From IMG/VR virus record IMGVR_UViG_3300028886_000053: DNA of 64,000 nt; one strand, 5' to 3'. This DNA is from a virus. Its lineage: Duplodnaviria > Heunggongvirae > Uroviricota > Caudoviricetes. This document shows positions 1-8,630 of this stretch, in pieces; within the stretch, counting starts at the first letter, position 1, and each line of letters begins with the position of its first letter. Below the pieces are notes generated by a model, which did not search any database, was not told the origin of the DNA, and was given only the letters and a program-made list of their open reading frames with translations. Both the position numbers and the translations under genes were made by a program.

Positions 1-362
1 TGTTTTTCTATTTCTACTGCCTGCTTTGCAAGAGCCATAATCTCATCTACTGCCTTCTTCTTTTCATCATCAACTGAAGCCTTTTTTTCTGCTTCCTGAA
101 GTGCTTCAATAGTATCATACATCTCTTCTGTTACTTCTGAATAAAATTTCATTTTTTATTACCTCTTTTTATTGCTTTTATATATATTGCTATTATACTA
201 TTACTATTACTATTTCAAAATGGAGCTGCGGTCGACCGATCGTCATCGCCTTGCACTCGGAGGGAACACCGCAGGCGGCTATCCCCCTGACTCTAACTCA
301 CTCCCCTATCCTCTAGCTTCATCGTGAATTAAGTCGTTCCCCGCATTTAATCAAGGTATTAA

Positions 363-434
363 GGTGATTGACGAGATTTGAACTCGCATATAGCGGTACC
401 ACAAACCGCTGCATAACCTTTCTGCCACAATCAC
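363..434 (-). tRNA. tRNA-His (anticodon GUG)
   Basis: Reverse complement folds as a cloverleaf. Acceptor GTGATTG/CAATCAC, anticodon stem GCGGT/ACCGC, loop TTGTGGT, discriminator C73 typical of His. T-arm GAGTTCAAATCTC. Confidence 0.7.
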
Positions 435-436
435 AG

Positions 437-510
437 TCGGAATGGCGGGATTTGAACCCACGACCTCTTGATCCCAAATCAAGCGTCATACCAAGCTAGA
501 CCACATCCCG
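437..510 (-). tRNA. tRNA-Pro (anticodon UGG)
   Basis: Acceptor CGGGATG/CATTCCG with one G-U pair. Anticodon stem CTTGA/TCAAG, loop TTTGGGA. T-arm GTGGGTTCAAATCCCGC. Lies 2 nt downstream of tRNA-His. Confidence 0.65.
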
Positions 511-528
511 ATATACAAGACACATTTG

Positions 529-600
529 TGTACAAATCGGGACTCGAACCCGAAATAAAACGTCCCTAAACATTTCGTTTAACCATTAAACTATTCGCAC
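529..600 (-). pseudogene. tRNA-like gene with aberrant anticodon arm (possible pseudo-tRNA)
   Basis: Good acceptor (GTGCGAA/TTTGTAC), D-arm and T-arm (TCGGGTTCGAGTCCCGA). No canonical 5-bp anticodon stem with a 7-nt loop can be drawn. The best fold is AAACG/CGTTT with a 13-nt loop containing UUUAGGG. Confidence 0.4.
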
Positions 601-653
601 TACTAAAGTAAAATTGCTGTATGTGTCTTTTATTTTTTTTATCTTATAAATAT

Positions 654-682
654 ATTATATAATAATTTTTTTATTTTTTCAA
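654..682 (-). promoter_or_regulatory. sigma70-like promoter (TTGAAA-N17-TATAAT) driving the tRNA-like gene at 529..600
   Basis: Reverse complement reads TTGAAA, a 17-nt spacer, then TATAAT. Representative of the promoter placed upstream of every unit in the tRNA array. Confidence 0.6.
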
Positions 683-866
683 GTATAATCTCTTATTTCA
701 AGATATTCTTCTATTGTTCCCTTAAAACCATTTTCTTTAGCCTATTGATATTCTTGACTTAAAAAAGAAGATAATGATGATTCATTTTTCTCCTAAGAAT
801 TTCTTTCTTTCACTTCAAAAACAGTTTTATCATTTGCCATTTTTATTTCCTCCTTTTAAGAAACAA

Positions 867-949
867 CGCCGTAGACAGGATTCGAACCTGCATACCATTT
901 CTGGCTACCTGTTTTCAAGACAGGGGCTCCACCGCTGAGCGACTACGGC
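867..949 (-). tRNA. tRNA-Ser (anticodon UGA)
   Basis: Acceptor GCCGTAG/CTACGGC. Anticodon stem CCTGT/ACAGG, loop CTTGAAA. Long variable arm (type II). T-arm CAGGTTCGAATCCTG. Confidence 0.75.
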
Positions 950-972
950 AAGGGTTGGTCTTTAATTCCTAA

Positions 973-1395
973 TTAAATAGTATTAATAACCTCCTCAAAT
1001 AAATAATCTGAAGCAAGTGAAAAACCTGTTTTTTGTCCAGTTTTAGGAGGTATTAATCTTAATGTTTTTTGAGATGTATTACCTTCTACTGGGATTAAAT
1101 AAAAAACTCCATCTTGTTCAGTCATAAAAAAGTCTATTTCATTTTTTGTATATGGTAAAATTTTATTACCATTTGATACAGCATGAGAACTTTTACAATT
1201 AAAAGTAAAAGCTTCTTTATTTTCATTTGTCCATCGAGAAGTTTTTACTTGTATTTTAAAAATTTTACCATCTTTATCTAAAAGAAAATCATATCTTGCA
1301 TCTAAAATAGGTTTAGCTACATTATAACCTTTTTCAAGACATTTTAAAAAACATCTTTGCTAAGTTAAAACTCCTTTTTGTAAATTCTAATTCAT
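973..1395 (-). CDS. PD-(D/E)xK-like / homing-endonuclease-like protein, paralog of 9051..9407. Two in-frame TAG codons lie in the N-terminal extension.
   Basis: Minus-strand translation KGYNVAKPILDARYDFLLDKDGKIFKIQVKT...LIPVEG...EEVINTI aligns along its length with ORF 9051..9407. It is absent from the standard-code ORF track because of the TAGs near the start. Confidence 0.4.
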
Positions 1396-1619
1396 ATTTT
1401 TATTTTTACTATTAAATATTAAATTAAAGACCTTACCTTATAATAACAAGTCCATAACATTTTCATCTTTTGAAAGAATAGGGAACAAAAATAGAGAATG
1501 TTATAAATAAAAATCCCCATTAGGTTAATTGAGAATTGTCTGGCTCTCCTTAAACCAATTAATAATTCTTGTTAATTCAGAAATTTTAAATAAAATTTGC
1601 TGTAATGGACTTTTAGAAA

Positions 1620-1708
1620 CGCAACCAGATGGATTTGAACCATCGGACCACCCTAGGGCGATCAACAGCTTAGCAGGCTGCCGCATTAAACCACTCTGCC
1701 ATGATTGC
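1620..1708 (-). tRNA. tRNA-Ser (anticodon GCU)
   Basis: Acceptor GCAATCA/TGGTTGC. Anticodon stem GCAGC/GCTGT, loop CTGCTAA. Long variable arm. T-arm GATGGTTCAAATCCATC. Confidence 0.7.
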
Positions 1709-1720
1709 ATATATGTATAA

Positions 1721-1793
1721 TCACCCACCTGGGGGTCGAACCCAGCCCTGCTGATTTAGAGTCAGCTGTCTTAAACCGCTTGACTAGTGGGCG
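1721..1793 (-). tRNA. tRNA-Sup(CUA): amber suppressor tRNA (anticodon CUA, reads UAG). D-arm resembles tRNA-Gln.
   Basis: Reverse complement is CGCCCAC-TA-GTC-AAGCGGTTTAA-GAC-A-GCTGA-CTCTAAA-TCAGC-AGGG-CTGGG-TTCGACC-CCCAG-GTGGGTG-A. The anticodon stem is a perfect 5 bp and the loop is 7 nt with CUA at positions 34-36. The D-loop AAGCGGU matches the bacterial tRNA-Gln D-loop (GCCAAGCGGUAAGGC). Confidence 0.8.
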
Positions 1794-1889
1794 TTACACA
1801 AGACAGATATATAATTAGCGTTTATATTTTACCAGAATATTGCTTTATTATAAATTAAATTGCTGTGTCTGTCTTTATCTTATAAATAT

Positions 1890-1918
1890 ATTATATAATA
1901 ATTTTTTTAAAAAATCAA
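1890..1918 (-). promoter_or_regulatory. promoter (TTGATT-N17-TATAAT) for the suppressor-tRNA transcription unit
   Basis: Reverse complement reads TTGATT, 17 nt, TATAAT. It is followed by the conserved leader motif AAAGACAGACACAGCAATTT and then the tRNA. Confidence 0.6.
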
Positions 1919-1928
1919 TTATAAAAAA

Positions 1929-2001
1929 TACACAGTATTGGATTTGAACCAATGACCTTATGTTTGTAAGACATATGCTCTCCCAGCTGAGCTAACCGTG
2001 C
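1929..2001 (-). tRNA. tRNA-Val (anticodon UAC)
   Basis: D-arm TAGCTCAGCTGGGAGAGC. Anticodon stem TATGT/ACATA, loop CTTACAA. Acceptor GCACGGT/ACTGTGT with two G-U pairs. Confidence 0.65.
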
Positions 2002-2281
2002 TTGTAAACTGGCGCCCCACCTTTCCAGTTATGATTGCCGCCCTCAACAACTTTCGCCGCGCTATGACAATCCCTTTTTAAAATAAAGAGAGAAACGATT
2101 CATAAGAACTCTCCAATAATTTCCTTCAGAACCTTTGGCCTTTAGAGTTGCCAGTTCTTATCTAAATTATCCAACTCTCTAAATGTTATTCTATCGTTTC
2201 TTTTCAGTTTCTATCTCTTGTCGCTGAAACTGGAAAACATGACGGTCTTCCATATCGCACGTGCATTTGATACAGAATAAA

Positions 2282-2561
2282 TGGACTTGACGGGAGTCGA
2301 ACCCGTGTCCAAAATTCATACTCTATATAATTGTTTACGCTGTTTTTATATAAAATTAATCACAGTAAAGGTTTTCGGTTCCACCAGTTAGTTGTTTTTG
2401 AACCTCAATAGCTACCACTAACATCTTACTATTTTTTTGGTTACGGAATTAAGCCGCCATTTTATATTCAAAATTGTTGTTTATTTTTAATTTGCAGTGA
2501 TTACGTCACCAATCGAGCGCAATTATATATTTCAAAACCCTGTCGATACCTTTTCAAGCCC
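2282..2561 (-). ncRNA. ssrA: candidate phage-encoded tmRNA (ssrA-like)
   Basis: The 5' end GGGCUUG pairs with the 3' end CAAGUCC-A. The 5' region GGUAUCGACAGGG matches the tmRNA consensus GGNUUCGACNGGG. The 3' T-arm is ACGGGTTCGACTCCCGT. An internal frame AAC AAC AAU UUU GAA UAU AAA AUG GCG GCU UAA (NNNFEYKMAA-stop) resembles the ANDENYALAA tag. Confidence 0.5.
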
Positions 2562-3440
2562 AAAAAGGCGGCCGTCTACCTCCCCGACCGCAGGGTAACA
2601 ATCAAGTGAGTAGTTTCAACCTCACGTATCTGAGATGGATGTCAAACTTCCCTTGTTTTTTCCCTCTACACATTTCGTTTTATTGGTTAGCCTAGGCGAG
2701 GCGTTGGAAGGTGGGACTCCCTGTGTTCCATCTTTACCAGCTTTATTCTCTTCACGACTTTTACATCAAAATAAATTTGACTCTGTGCTTGTCTATTGAT
2801 TGTTAGTGGAGGATAGGGGTTATGCTCCCCTGACTGAACCTTGCAAGGGTTCTGTGTTCCTGATTATACCAATCCCCCATGTGCGGCCGTCGCCGCATTT
2901 TAGTTCTAGACATATATTAAGTATTGTACTGCTTGATTAAAATTCAAGTGCCTTATCCTTTTGGCTATTTTGCGAATGGTTGCAAAAACAGGATTCGAAC
3001 CTGTAAAACATACTATAAAGTATAATTGCTGTATATGTCTAAATACACCCTTAAGGAGTTGAACCTTATGTACCGCGTTATCAGCACGGCCCTCAAACCC
3101 TCGAGGACAAGGTGCTTAATAGGATTAAATAAGACTTACTAATAATTCCGGACTTACTAAAAAACCTTATTTAATCGCCTGATTTTTGGACTTATCTAGC
3201 CCTCACTAGAATATCACCGTGGGAGGATGTTCTCTTTTTTTCCTATTTGAACTATCTTTCTTCTACCTTGTCTTCCTTTATTCCAATCAGACACCTAAAT
3301 TATTCATTTAGGCTTTTCAAAGCTTTGTAACGGGGGATCAACCCGTTAGTTCCCCAGGAGAGAATCGCACTCACTCGAACCCAAAGGTACAGGTTTTACA
3401 GACCCGCCCGCCTACTTTAACGGCTTACTGAGGATTAAAA

Positions 3441-3513
3441 TGGAAGATCCTAGAGTCGAACTAGGTCTAAAAGATTTTCAGTCTTCTGCGCGCACCGGCT
3501 ACACCAATCTTCC
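3441..3513 (-). tRNA. tRNA-Phe (anticodon GAA)
   Basis: Acceptor GGAAGAT/ATCTTCC. Anticodon stem GAAGA/TCTTT, loop CTGAAAA. T-arm CCTAGTTCGACTCTAGG. Confidence 0.7.
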
Positions 3514-3768
3514 TAACTCATTTTCATCATATTCCATAGCCACAATTCTTTTTAAATCCATATGTGACCAATTATATCCTTTATGACGTCCTTTACATTT
3601 CCATCCACCGGCTCCTATTTTAGTTTTACAAGAGCATAATGGACAAGAGCAATGAATCTTATTTTTACTATATTGATGAAGATTATCATACCATTCAAAA
3701 TAAACCATATTACGTTTCCGTAATGCTTTAGTAACATTTAGATGACGTCTTTCTGCTCTTGTTCTCAT
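3499..3768 (-). CDS. hypothetical small Cys-rich (Zn-binding) protein
   Basis: ORF track, 89 aa with CxxC...CxxC spacing. Its 3' end overlaps the 5' end of tRNA-Phe by about 15 nt. Confidence 0.3.
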   Translation of the reverse strand: MRTRAERRHLNVTKALRKRNMVYFEWYDNLHQYSKNKIHCSCPLCSCKTKIGAGGWKCKGRHKGYNWSHMDLKRIVAMEYDENELGRLV

Positions 3769-3908
3769 ATTTATATACCTCTTTAATCAAGACACCTTTT
3801 ATAGTTGCATATACCAATTCTGCTATTCTCGCAATTTTGCTGGCGCGAAAAATGGGACTTGAACCCATATAATACTATTTTCTTAGTAATTGCTGTGTGT
3901 GTCTTAAA

Positions 3909-3982
3909 TACTCTCAAAGAGATTCGAACTCTTAACACATTGGGTTTGGGCCAATGTCCTCTGCCAATTGGGATATGAGAGT
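3909..3982 (-). tRNA. tRNA-like gene, anticodon CAA, short variable arm (identity uncertain)
   Basis: Acceptor ACTCTCA/TGAGAGT. Anticodon stem ATTGG/CCAAT (extendable to 7 bp), loop CCCAAAC. T-arm AAGAGTTCGAATCTCTT. The D-stem is imperfect. Confidence 0.4.
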
Positions 3983-4012
3983 ATAGTACCCTAAGTGGGA
4001 TTCGAACCTAAG

Positions 4013-4095
4013 TGCCAGTGACAAGATTCGAACTTGCAAGCATTTAAGCCACCTGTTTCTAAGACAGGCTCCTGTGCCAACTCGGATACACTGGC
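4013..4095 (-). tRNA. tRNA-Leu (anticodon UAG)
   Basis: Acceptor GCCAGTG/CACTGGC. Anticodon stem CCTGT/ACAGG, loop CTTAGAA. Variable arm of about 14 nt. T-arm GCAAGTTCGAATCTTGT. Confidence 0.7.
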
Positions 4096-4173
4096 ATAAG
4101 TTGCGGTATTATTGTACGTCCGCCGCATCTAATCGGACTCAGCCTAATCCCACACAAGGATGGGTAGGTAATA

Positions 4174-4524
4174 TTAAAGTCCTTCAATCATATCATCATA
4201 GGCTTCTCTAGCCTGTCTCTCAATCTCAAGAGCATCTTCATGACGGTCATCCCACTTCTCATACTCAGCAGCATTATAAGCGAGAATTTCCTGCCACATA
4301 TCTCTTTGAACTCTAGTATACTTCACACGCTCTTTCGCAATCTTCATTGCACATCGGGCGGCCGCCAGCTTCTTTCCAGTTTCAAGGTCAAACTCATCCT
4401 GCTCACTACACTTGGCAACTCCGCGGATTGTACGACCCTTGTATGAAGCAACTGCAACAACGACATTTTCACCATTAGTATAATATCTATACTTTGGCAC
4501 AAAATTCTTTCTCATTTCTTTCAT
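4174..4524 (-). CDS. hypothetical protein
   Basis: ORF track, 116 aa. Confidence 0.4.
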   Translation of the reverse strand: MKEMRKNFVPKYRYYTNGENVVVAVASYKGRTIRGVAKCSEQDEFDLETGKKLAAARCAMKIAKERVKYTRVQRDMWQEILAYNAAEYEKWDDRHEDALEIERQAREAYDDMIEGL

Positions 4525-4549
4525 CTCCTTGTATCTCTTTTTATTTAAG

Positions 4550-4632
4550 TACCGACGGTGGGACTTGAACCCACACGATTCGAAATCCTGGGATTTTAAG
4601 TCCCATGCGTCTGCCTATTCCGCCACGCCGGC
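4550..4632 (-). tRNA. tRNA-Leu (anticodon UAA)
   Basis: D-arm TGGCGGAATAGGCAGACGC. Anticodon stem TGGGA/TCCCA, loop CTTAAAA. Long variable arm. T-arm GTGGGTTCAAGTCCCAC. Confidence 0.7.
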
Positions 4633-4772
4633 TAATTTCGGGGCCGGTACTTATTATACCGGCCGCTTATTTAAAAAACAAGACAGATAAATAAATTCTA
4701 AACAAAACCTTTGTTGATCTATCCTTAAAATTTGCTGTATCTGTCTTTTATAGTTAAGATATGAAATTAATA

Positions 4773-5495
4773 TTAAGATATGAAATCATCATAATAAGCC
4801 CATCGTAAAGGTTCTTTAGTCTAAGGGTGTTTTCCTGAGGTTTTTCGTTCACCTTTGCAAACTTTTATAATATTTGCATTTCCCTTTTGACCCGCCCATT
4901 GAGCTGCCTCTTGAATGGTATCAAAAATATGATTTGTATTTAAACATATAACTTTTCTATTTGTATGACCTTTTTTCTTTTTAGAAAAATTTTTAAATTT
5001 ATCGGGATTATCTAGATATTCATCTAAATATGCCCAACTTAAAAATTCATCTCCTATTTTTCCCGCATGTGCTCTAGTACCTTTACAAACAGAAGAAATA
5101 TGTCCTTCACTTCTATTATTTAAATATTTCTCAGCTGCGTCTGAAATAGTATTAAAAATTTCTTTAGTATTTAAACAAATTACTTCTCTATACTTTTCAG
5201 ATATAGTATTTCCACCTTCTCTGATATTATAACCAAATTGAGGATTGGTACTATTGTATTTTTGAATATAATATTTTTCCCAATAATTAGCTTCTTCTAA
5301 TGTTAGATGCTATTTTAATATAATATGTTCAAATGAATCCCATCCATATTTATTTATAGCATTAAAAAAATGGTAACAATTTTTATATCCTTTACCTTTT
5401 TTCCATCTTCTCTAGGGTTTTTGACAAGTTTGTCCTATATAAACTTTGTTATTCTACCTATTCTTATGAATATAAACACAATATTCTTTATACAT
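4773..5495 (-). CDS. GIY-YIG homing endonuclease with NUMOD-like C-terminal repeats. It contains 4 in-frame TAG codons.
   Basis: Minus-strand translation reads MYKEYCVYIHKNR*NNKVYIGQTCQKP*RRWKKGKGYKNCYHFFNAINKYGWDSFEHIILK*HLTLEEANYWEKYYIQKYNSTNPQFGYNIREGG. Two repeats VICLNT...I.EAA...KVCKG.R follow. The GIY...YIG...R...E...N architecture is intact only if TAG is translated. Confidence 0.6.
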
Positions 5496-5597
5496 TTTTT
5501 GCTCTCTTTTCTTTTGCTCTTTAATATTTTTAGGGAAGAGGCGAGCAAATACCTCTTTTCAATGGGTCATGACTCCCATCTATCCCCAAGAAATTTC

Positions 5598-5626
5598 GAG
5601 TAAGGAGTCGAACCTTACTCTTTTTT
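5598..5626 (+). terminator. tRNA T-arm-like hairpin (GAGTAAGG-AGTCGAA-CCTTACTC) followed by T6
   Basis: Perfect 8-bp stem with a T-loop-like loop (reverse complement TTCGACT), then TTTTTT. One copy of a repeated AAGGAGTCGAACCTT hairpin family. Confidence 0.4.
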
Positions 5627-5643
5627 AAACACACCGTGTGTTA

Positions 5644-6018
5644 TTAACCCTTCTTTTCCTTTAGAAAAGCGTCATACTCATCTTTAAAACACCACTGGTA
5701 TCCATACGCTTTTCTAGTTCTTGTTCTCTTATTCAGAGCATCACCGATACCGGACTTACCTTCCTTACCGATTGCTTCAAGTGCTTCCTTCTGAGTTGCA
5801 TATTCACCAACAATCTTACCAGTCTCTGGGTCAATCTGAAGCACTCCAGACTTATTAGGACTCTTTCTCTTCTTAGCGGCTGCCGCTTCCTGTTCCTCAA
5901 TCATATCAAGGAAATCTCCGAGAACCTCAAGTGTAGTTCCCTGAATACCAGGGTCAAGTTCTGCGGAATGTTCAAAATAAAAAATCAAACCTTGAATCTT
6001 TGACTTATCCATGTTCAT
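5644..6018 (-). CDS. hypothetical protein with homing-endonuclease-type DNA-binding motif (IENR/NUMOD-like)
   Basis: ORF track, 124 aa. The C-terminus GEYATQKEALEAIGK...GIGDALNKRT..AYGYQWCF is typical of HEG accessory DNA-binding modules. Confidence 0.35.
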   Translation of the reverse strand: MNMDKSKIQGLIFYFEHSAELDPGIQGTTLEVLGDFLDMIEEQEAAAAKKRKSPNKSGVLQIDPETGKIVGEYATQKEALEAIGKEGKSGIGDALNKRTRTRKAYGYQWCFKDEYDAFLKEKKG

Positions 6019-6753
6019 TACTCCTTTTTACTCTTTTGTTTACGTTTTCTTTATCTTATGTATATATTATATCAAAAAATTTTCAAGAAGTCAAAAAAAT
6101 TGAATAACTTAACTATATCTATGAATACAGGTCTTCACCTTACCAAAACTATTCTTCAAATATATTCGACCACTAAGGAAACATACCTGAGGAGAAAGGA
6201 GCGACCTTTCACCTATATGCCCCAGTTCATAAGAACCAATTCTTAGAGGGGATTGCTTACCCTTAACTTTCAGCTACCTTTCAGTAAGTATTGTGAGAAA
6301 GAAATCCTAATCTTGCTCAAAATATAACCAATTTGTCTTTGCAGATTTAGCCTACTCGTACCCTGACCTAACCTTATACACGACTTTCATCGCTTCAACT
6401 GCGAAATCCCTTATTTGGATTTTCCAAGGTTTGACTAGTTTTCCACGCTACTTCCTAACTTGGATTGGTGCTTTTGTTAGAAACCCCATATTGCGGGACC
6501 GATTAGAACAGTGTCTTTATTTGCGAATAATCTCAGTGCTACTAGCCAGAACCCTCCCGTTCGTTTGGGCGTTCTATATATCACTATATAAAACTTTTAA
6601 AGTAAAAACGTATCCGTCGTTACTCAGTTATTCACTTATGGCTATCATACCTCAGCCCTATGGAATTAGGGTTTATCACTGAGTTGATTCATAAATATAA
6701 TTAAGTTATTCAATTTTTAAGGTTCTGAAATATGTTAGAATATCTAACTTTAA

Positions 6754-6824
6754 TTCTCAGATAAGGAGTCGAACCTTATATTTACTTAATGGATAAGTAA
6801 GTATTACCTTTATACTACTGAGAG
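6754..6824 (-). tRNA. tRNA-Trp (anticodon CCA)
   Basis: D-stem GTAT/ATAC. Anticodon stem TACTT/AAGTA, loop ATCCATT. T-arm TAAGGTTCGACTCCTTA. Acceptor has 6 bp plus a C1-A72 mismatch. Confidence 0.55.
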
Positions 6825-6872
6825 CCTTGAAAAGAAAGTGAATATAAATGAACGAGAATTAACTTCTCGGAA

Positions 6873-6946
6873 TAGCGGGAGTGGGATTCGAACCCACGTT
6901 ACATGCCCTATGAAAGCAGGCTGGCACCTCTCCAGACCATCCCGCT
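6873..6946 (-). tRNA. tRNA-Glu-like (anticodon UUC) with imperfect anticodon and D stems
   Basis: Acceptor AGCGGGA/TCCCGCT. T-arm GTGGGTTCGAATCCCAC. Anticodon loop CTTTCAT is flanked by GCCTG/AGGGC (4 bp plus one mismatch). An alternative 15-nt loop fold is possible. Confidence 0.4.
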
Positions 6947-7048
6947 ATATAACCAAGACAGATATAAAAACTAACTTGCTTTAAATCCCTAATTTAACGT
7001 TTGTTTTTTATAAAAATTGCTGTGTCTGTCTTTTTATTTTCTAAAAAT

Positions 7049-7077
7049 ATTATAACAAAAAATTTTCAAAAAGTCAA
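7049..7077 (-). promoter_or_regulatory. promoter (TTGACT-N17-TATAAT) for the tRNA unit at 6873..6946
   Basis: Reverse complement reads TTGACT, 17 nt, TATAAT. The downstream leader contains AAAAGACAGACACAGCAATTT. Confidence 0.55.
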
Positions 7078-7241
7078 TTTATAGGTACTTTCCGCAATGT
7101 ATGACATCGCACGTAATCATATTTACATATTTTTATTATGCTAGGGTTCTAAAAGATATAGTATACATCTATCAATTAGCTTCTATTGTCGAGGCTTGTT
7201 TCCCTACCCTATTGTTAGGCTTTCACTCCCTATAAATTGAA

Positions 7242-7315
7242 TAGCCCCTGGGGGAGTTGAACCCACCATCTTGACCTTGAAAGGGTCATATCCTGTCCCT
7301 TTAGAAGAAGGAGCC
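7242..7315 (-). tRNA. tRNA-Glu (anticodon UUC)
   Basis: Acceptor GGCTCCT/AGGGGCT with two G-U pairs. Anticodon stem TGACC/GGTCA, loop CTTTCAA. T-loop TTCAACT. Confidence 0.6.
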
Positions 7316-7507
7316 ATATATTCTCATGAGTCGCCACACTCTCTATTAGGGGTAAGAGATGTACCCTGTGCCTATCCATAGCCAATGACCAAGTTATCAA
7401 TTTTCAAACCTGACGAAAACCAACCTTCATCACTCCTCAAGGTAAAGCGGCTTAGTATCCGACTAAGCAGGAACTTACATTTGGCAGAGAGTAAGTCAAT
7501 CTCATAG

Positions 7508-7580
7508 CGGGAACACTAGGACTTGAACCTAGAACCACTCACTTAACAGGCGAGCGCTCTGCCGATTGAGCTATGAACCC
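7508..7580 (-). tRNA. tRNA-Asn (anticodon GUU). Acceptor stem has two central mismatches.
   Basis: D-arm GCTCAATCGGCAGAGC. Anticodon stem CTCGC/GTGAG, loop CTGTTAA. T-arm CTAGGTTCAAGTCCTAG. Acceptor GGGTTCA/TGTTCCC has T-T mismatches at pairs 4 and 5. Confidence 0.5.
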
Positions 7581-7762
7581 ATATTAAAAATAACTTCGTT
7601 CATTTTATGGATGCCCTACCTATCATCCCTAATTCCGTGGGTCGCTATCCCACTTACTTGAAGGGTGCCCCGTTATGGTCTCTCACTGCCGACCGCCTGG
7701 GAGGGTGAACTCTTTGAAGATATAATGTACACTCATCTTCAATTGCCATTGTTATTTTTAAA

Positions 7763-7834
7763 CGACCTAGCGGAGAGTTGAACCCCGATTTCCAGAGCGA
7801 CAATCTGGTGTAATGTCCGTTATACTACAAGGCC
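7763..7834 (-). tRNA. tRNA-Asp (anticodon GUC)
   Basis: Anticodon stem CCAGA/TCTGG, loop TTGTCGC. T-arm CGGGGTTCAACTCTCCG. Acceptor GGCCTTG/CTAGGTC has one mismatch. Confidence 0.55.
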
Positions 7835-8061
7835 AAATAAGACCTGGGCTGGTCCGCTTGTATCAGAGGCGCCCCAGGTACTGATATATCTAAAAATAGA
7901 AAGTTTTAAATCTCTTCTACGGATTCCTTTTCTTATGTCCGAAATTCTTACCGGTCTTAGGTACTGTTGTATCAATCGACTGACATTGACCTGGTTCTTC
8001 AGGTGGATTACTCGGAAGGAGGTTTGCAACCCTCTCAACCGTTTCCTTAACTTTCTATAAA

Positions 8062-8090
8062 TATTATAACAAAAATTTTTGTTTTTTGCA
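8062..8090 (-). promoter_or_regulatory. promoter (TTGCAA-N17-TATAAT)
   Basis: Reverse complement reads TTGCAA, 17 nt, TATAAT. The conserved motif tattataacaaaaatttttg recurs at 8380-8420 and 13920-13960. Confidence 0.5.
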
Positions 8091-8101
8091 AATGATTTTT
8101 A

Positions 8102-8173
8102 TCACTCCTAAGAGATTCGAACTCTTATCTTAACACTGAGAATGTCATATCCTTGCCTTTAGACGAAGGAGCG
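8102..8173 (-). tRNA. tRNA-Glu (anticodon CUC)
   Basis: Acceptor CGCTCCT/AGGAGTG. Anticodon stem TGACA/TGTTA, loop TTCTCAG. T-arm AAGAGTTCGAATCTCTT. Confidence 0.6.
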
Positions 8174-8559
8174 ATAGGGGTTATACCCCTTGTTCTACTC
8201 GAACATAATTTTCTGTTACTTCATAATGAATTCTTCCGAATCTTTCTTCCAAAAACCGTACCTGTGAGAAACCTTTCACAGTTATTAAATGCTTTCTGTT
8301 TCTGTCGTCAACATATGTAACCACGTAAATCACTTCGTTCTTATTCATTTGAAAGTCCTCCACATGATACTGTTTTTTACATTATTATTATAACAAAAAT
8401 TTTTATTTTTTACAAATAAATAATTTATTGAGTGCATGGAAGAAAACGCTTCACGTTTTGGCTATAATTTTAGCTATTTGCTACCGCAAATCTCTCAATA
8501 AATAGTTTTAAGGTCAACCAACCGCACATCTTTTTATCATCGCTTTTGCTAAGATGAAA

Positions 8560-8630
8560 AGCCAACGGCCGGACTCGAACCGACATACAGTGATTACAAA
8601 TCACTAGTCCTACCATTAGACGACGGAGGC
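8560..8630 (-). tRNA. tRNA-Thr (anticodon UGU). Acceptor stem has two central mismatches.
   Basis: D-arm GTCTAATGGTAGGAC. Anticodon stem AGTGA/TCACT is perfect, loop TTTGTAA. T-arm GTCGGTTCGAGTCCGGC. Acceptor GCCTCCG/CGTTGGC has mismatches at pairs 4 and 5. Confidence 0.5.

Noticed and set aside
437-510. First reading of tRNA-Pro as a 68-nt gene ending in an encoded CCA (plus-strand TGG at 443-445)
   Set aside because: That fold left no 3' acceptor strand. Extending 6 nt gives a proper 7-bp acceptor (CGGGATG/CATTCCG), and the apparent CCA is part of the T-stem/acceptor junction.
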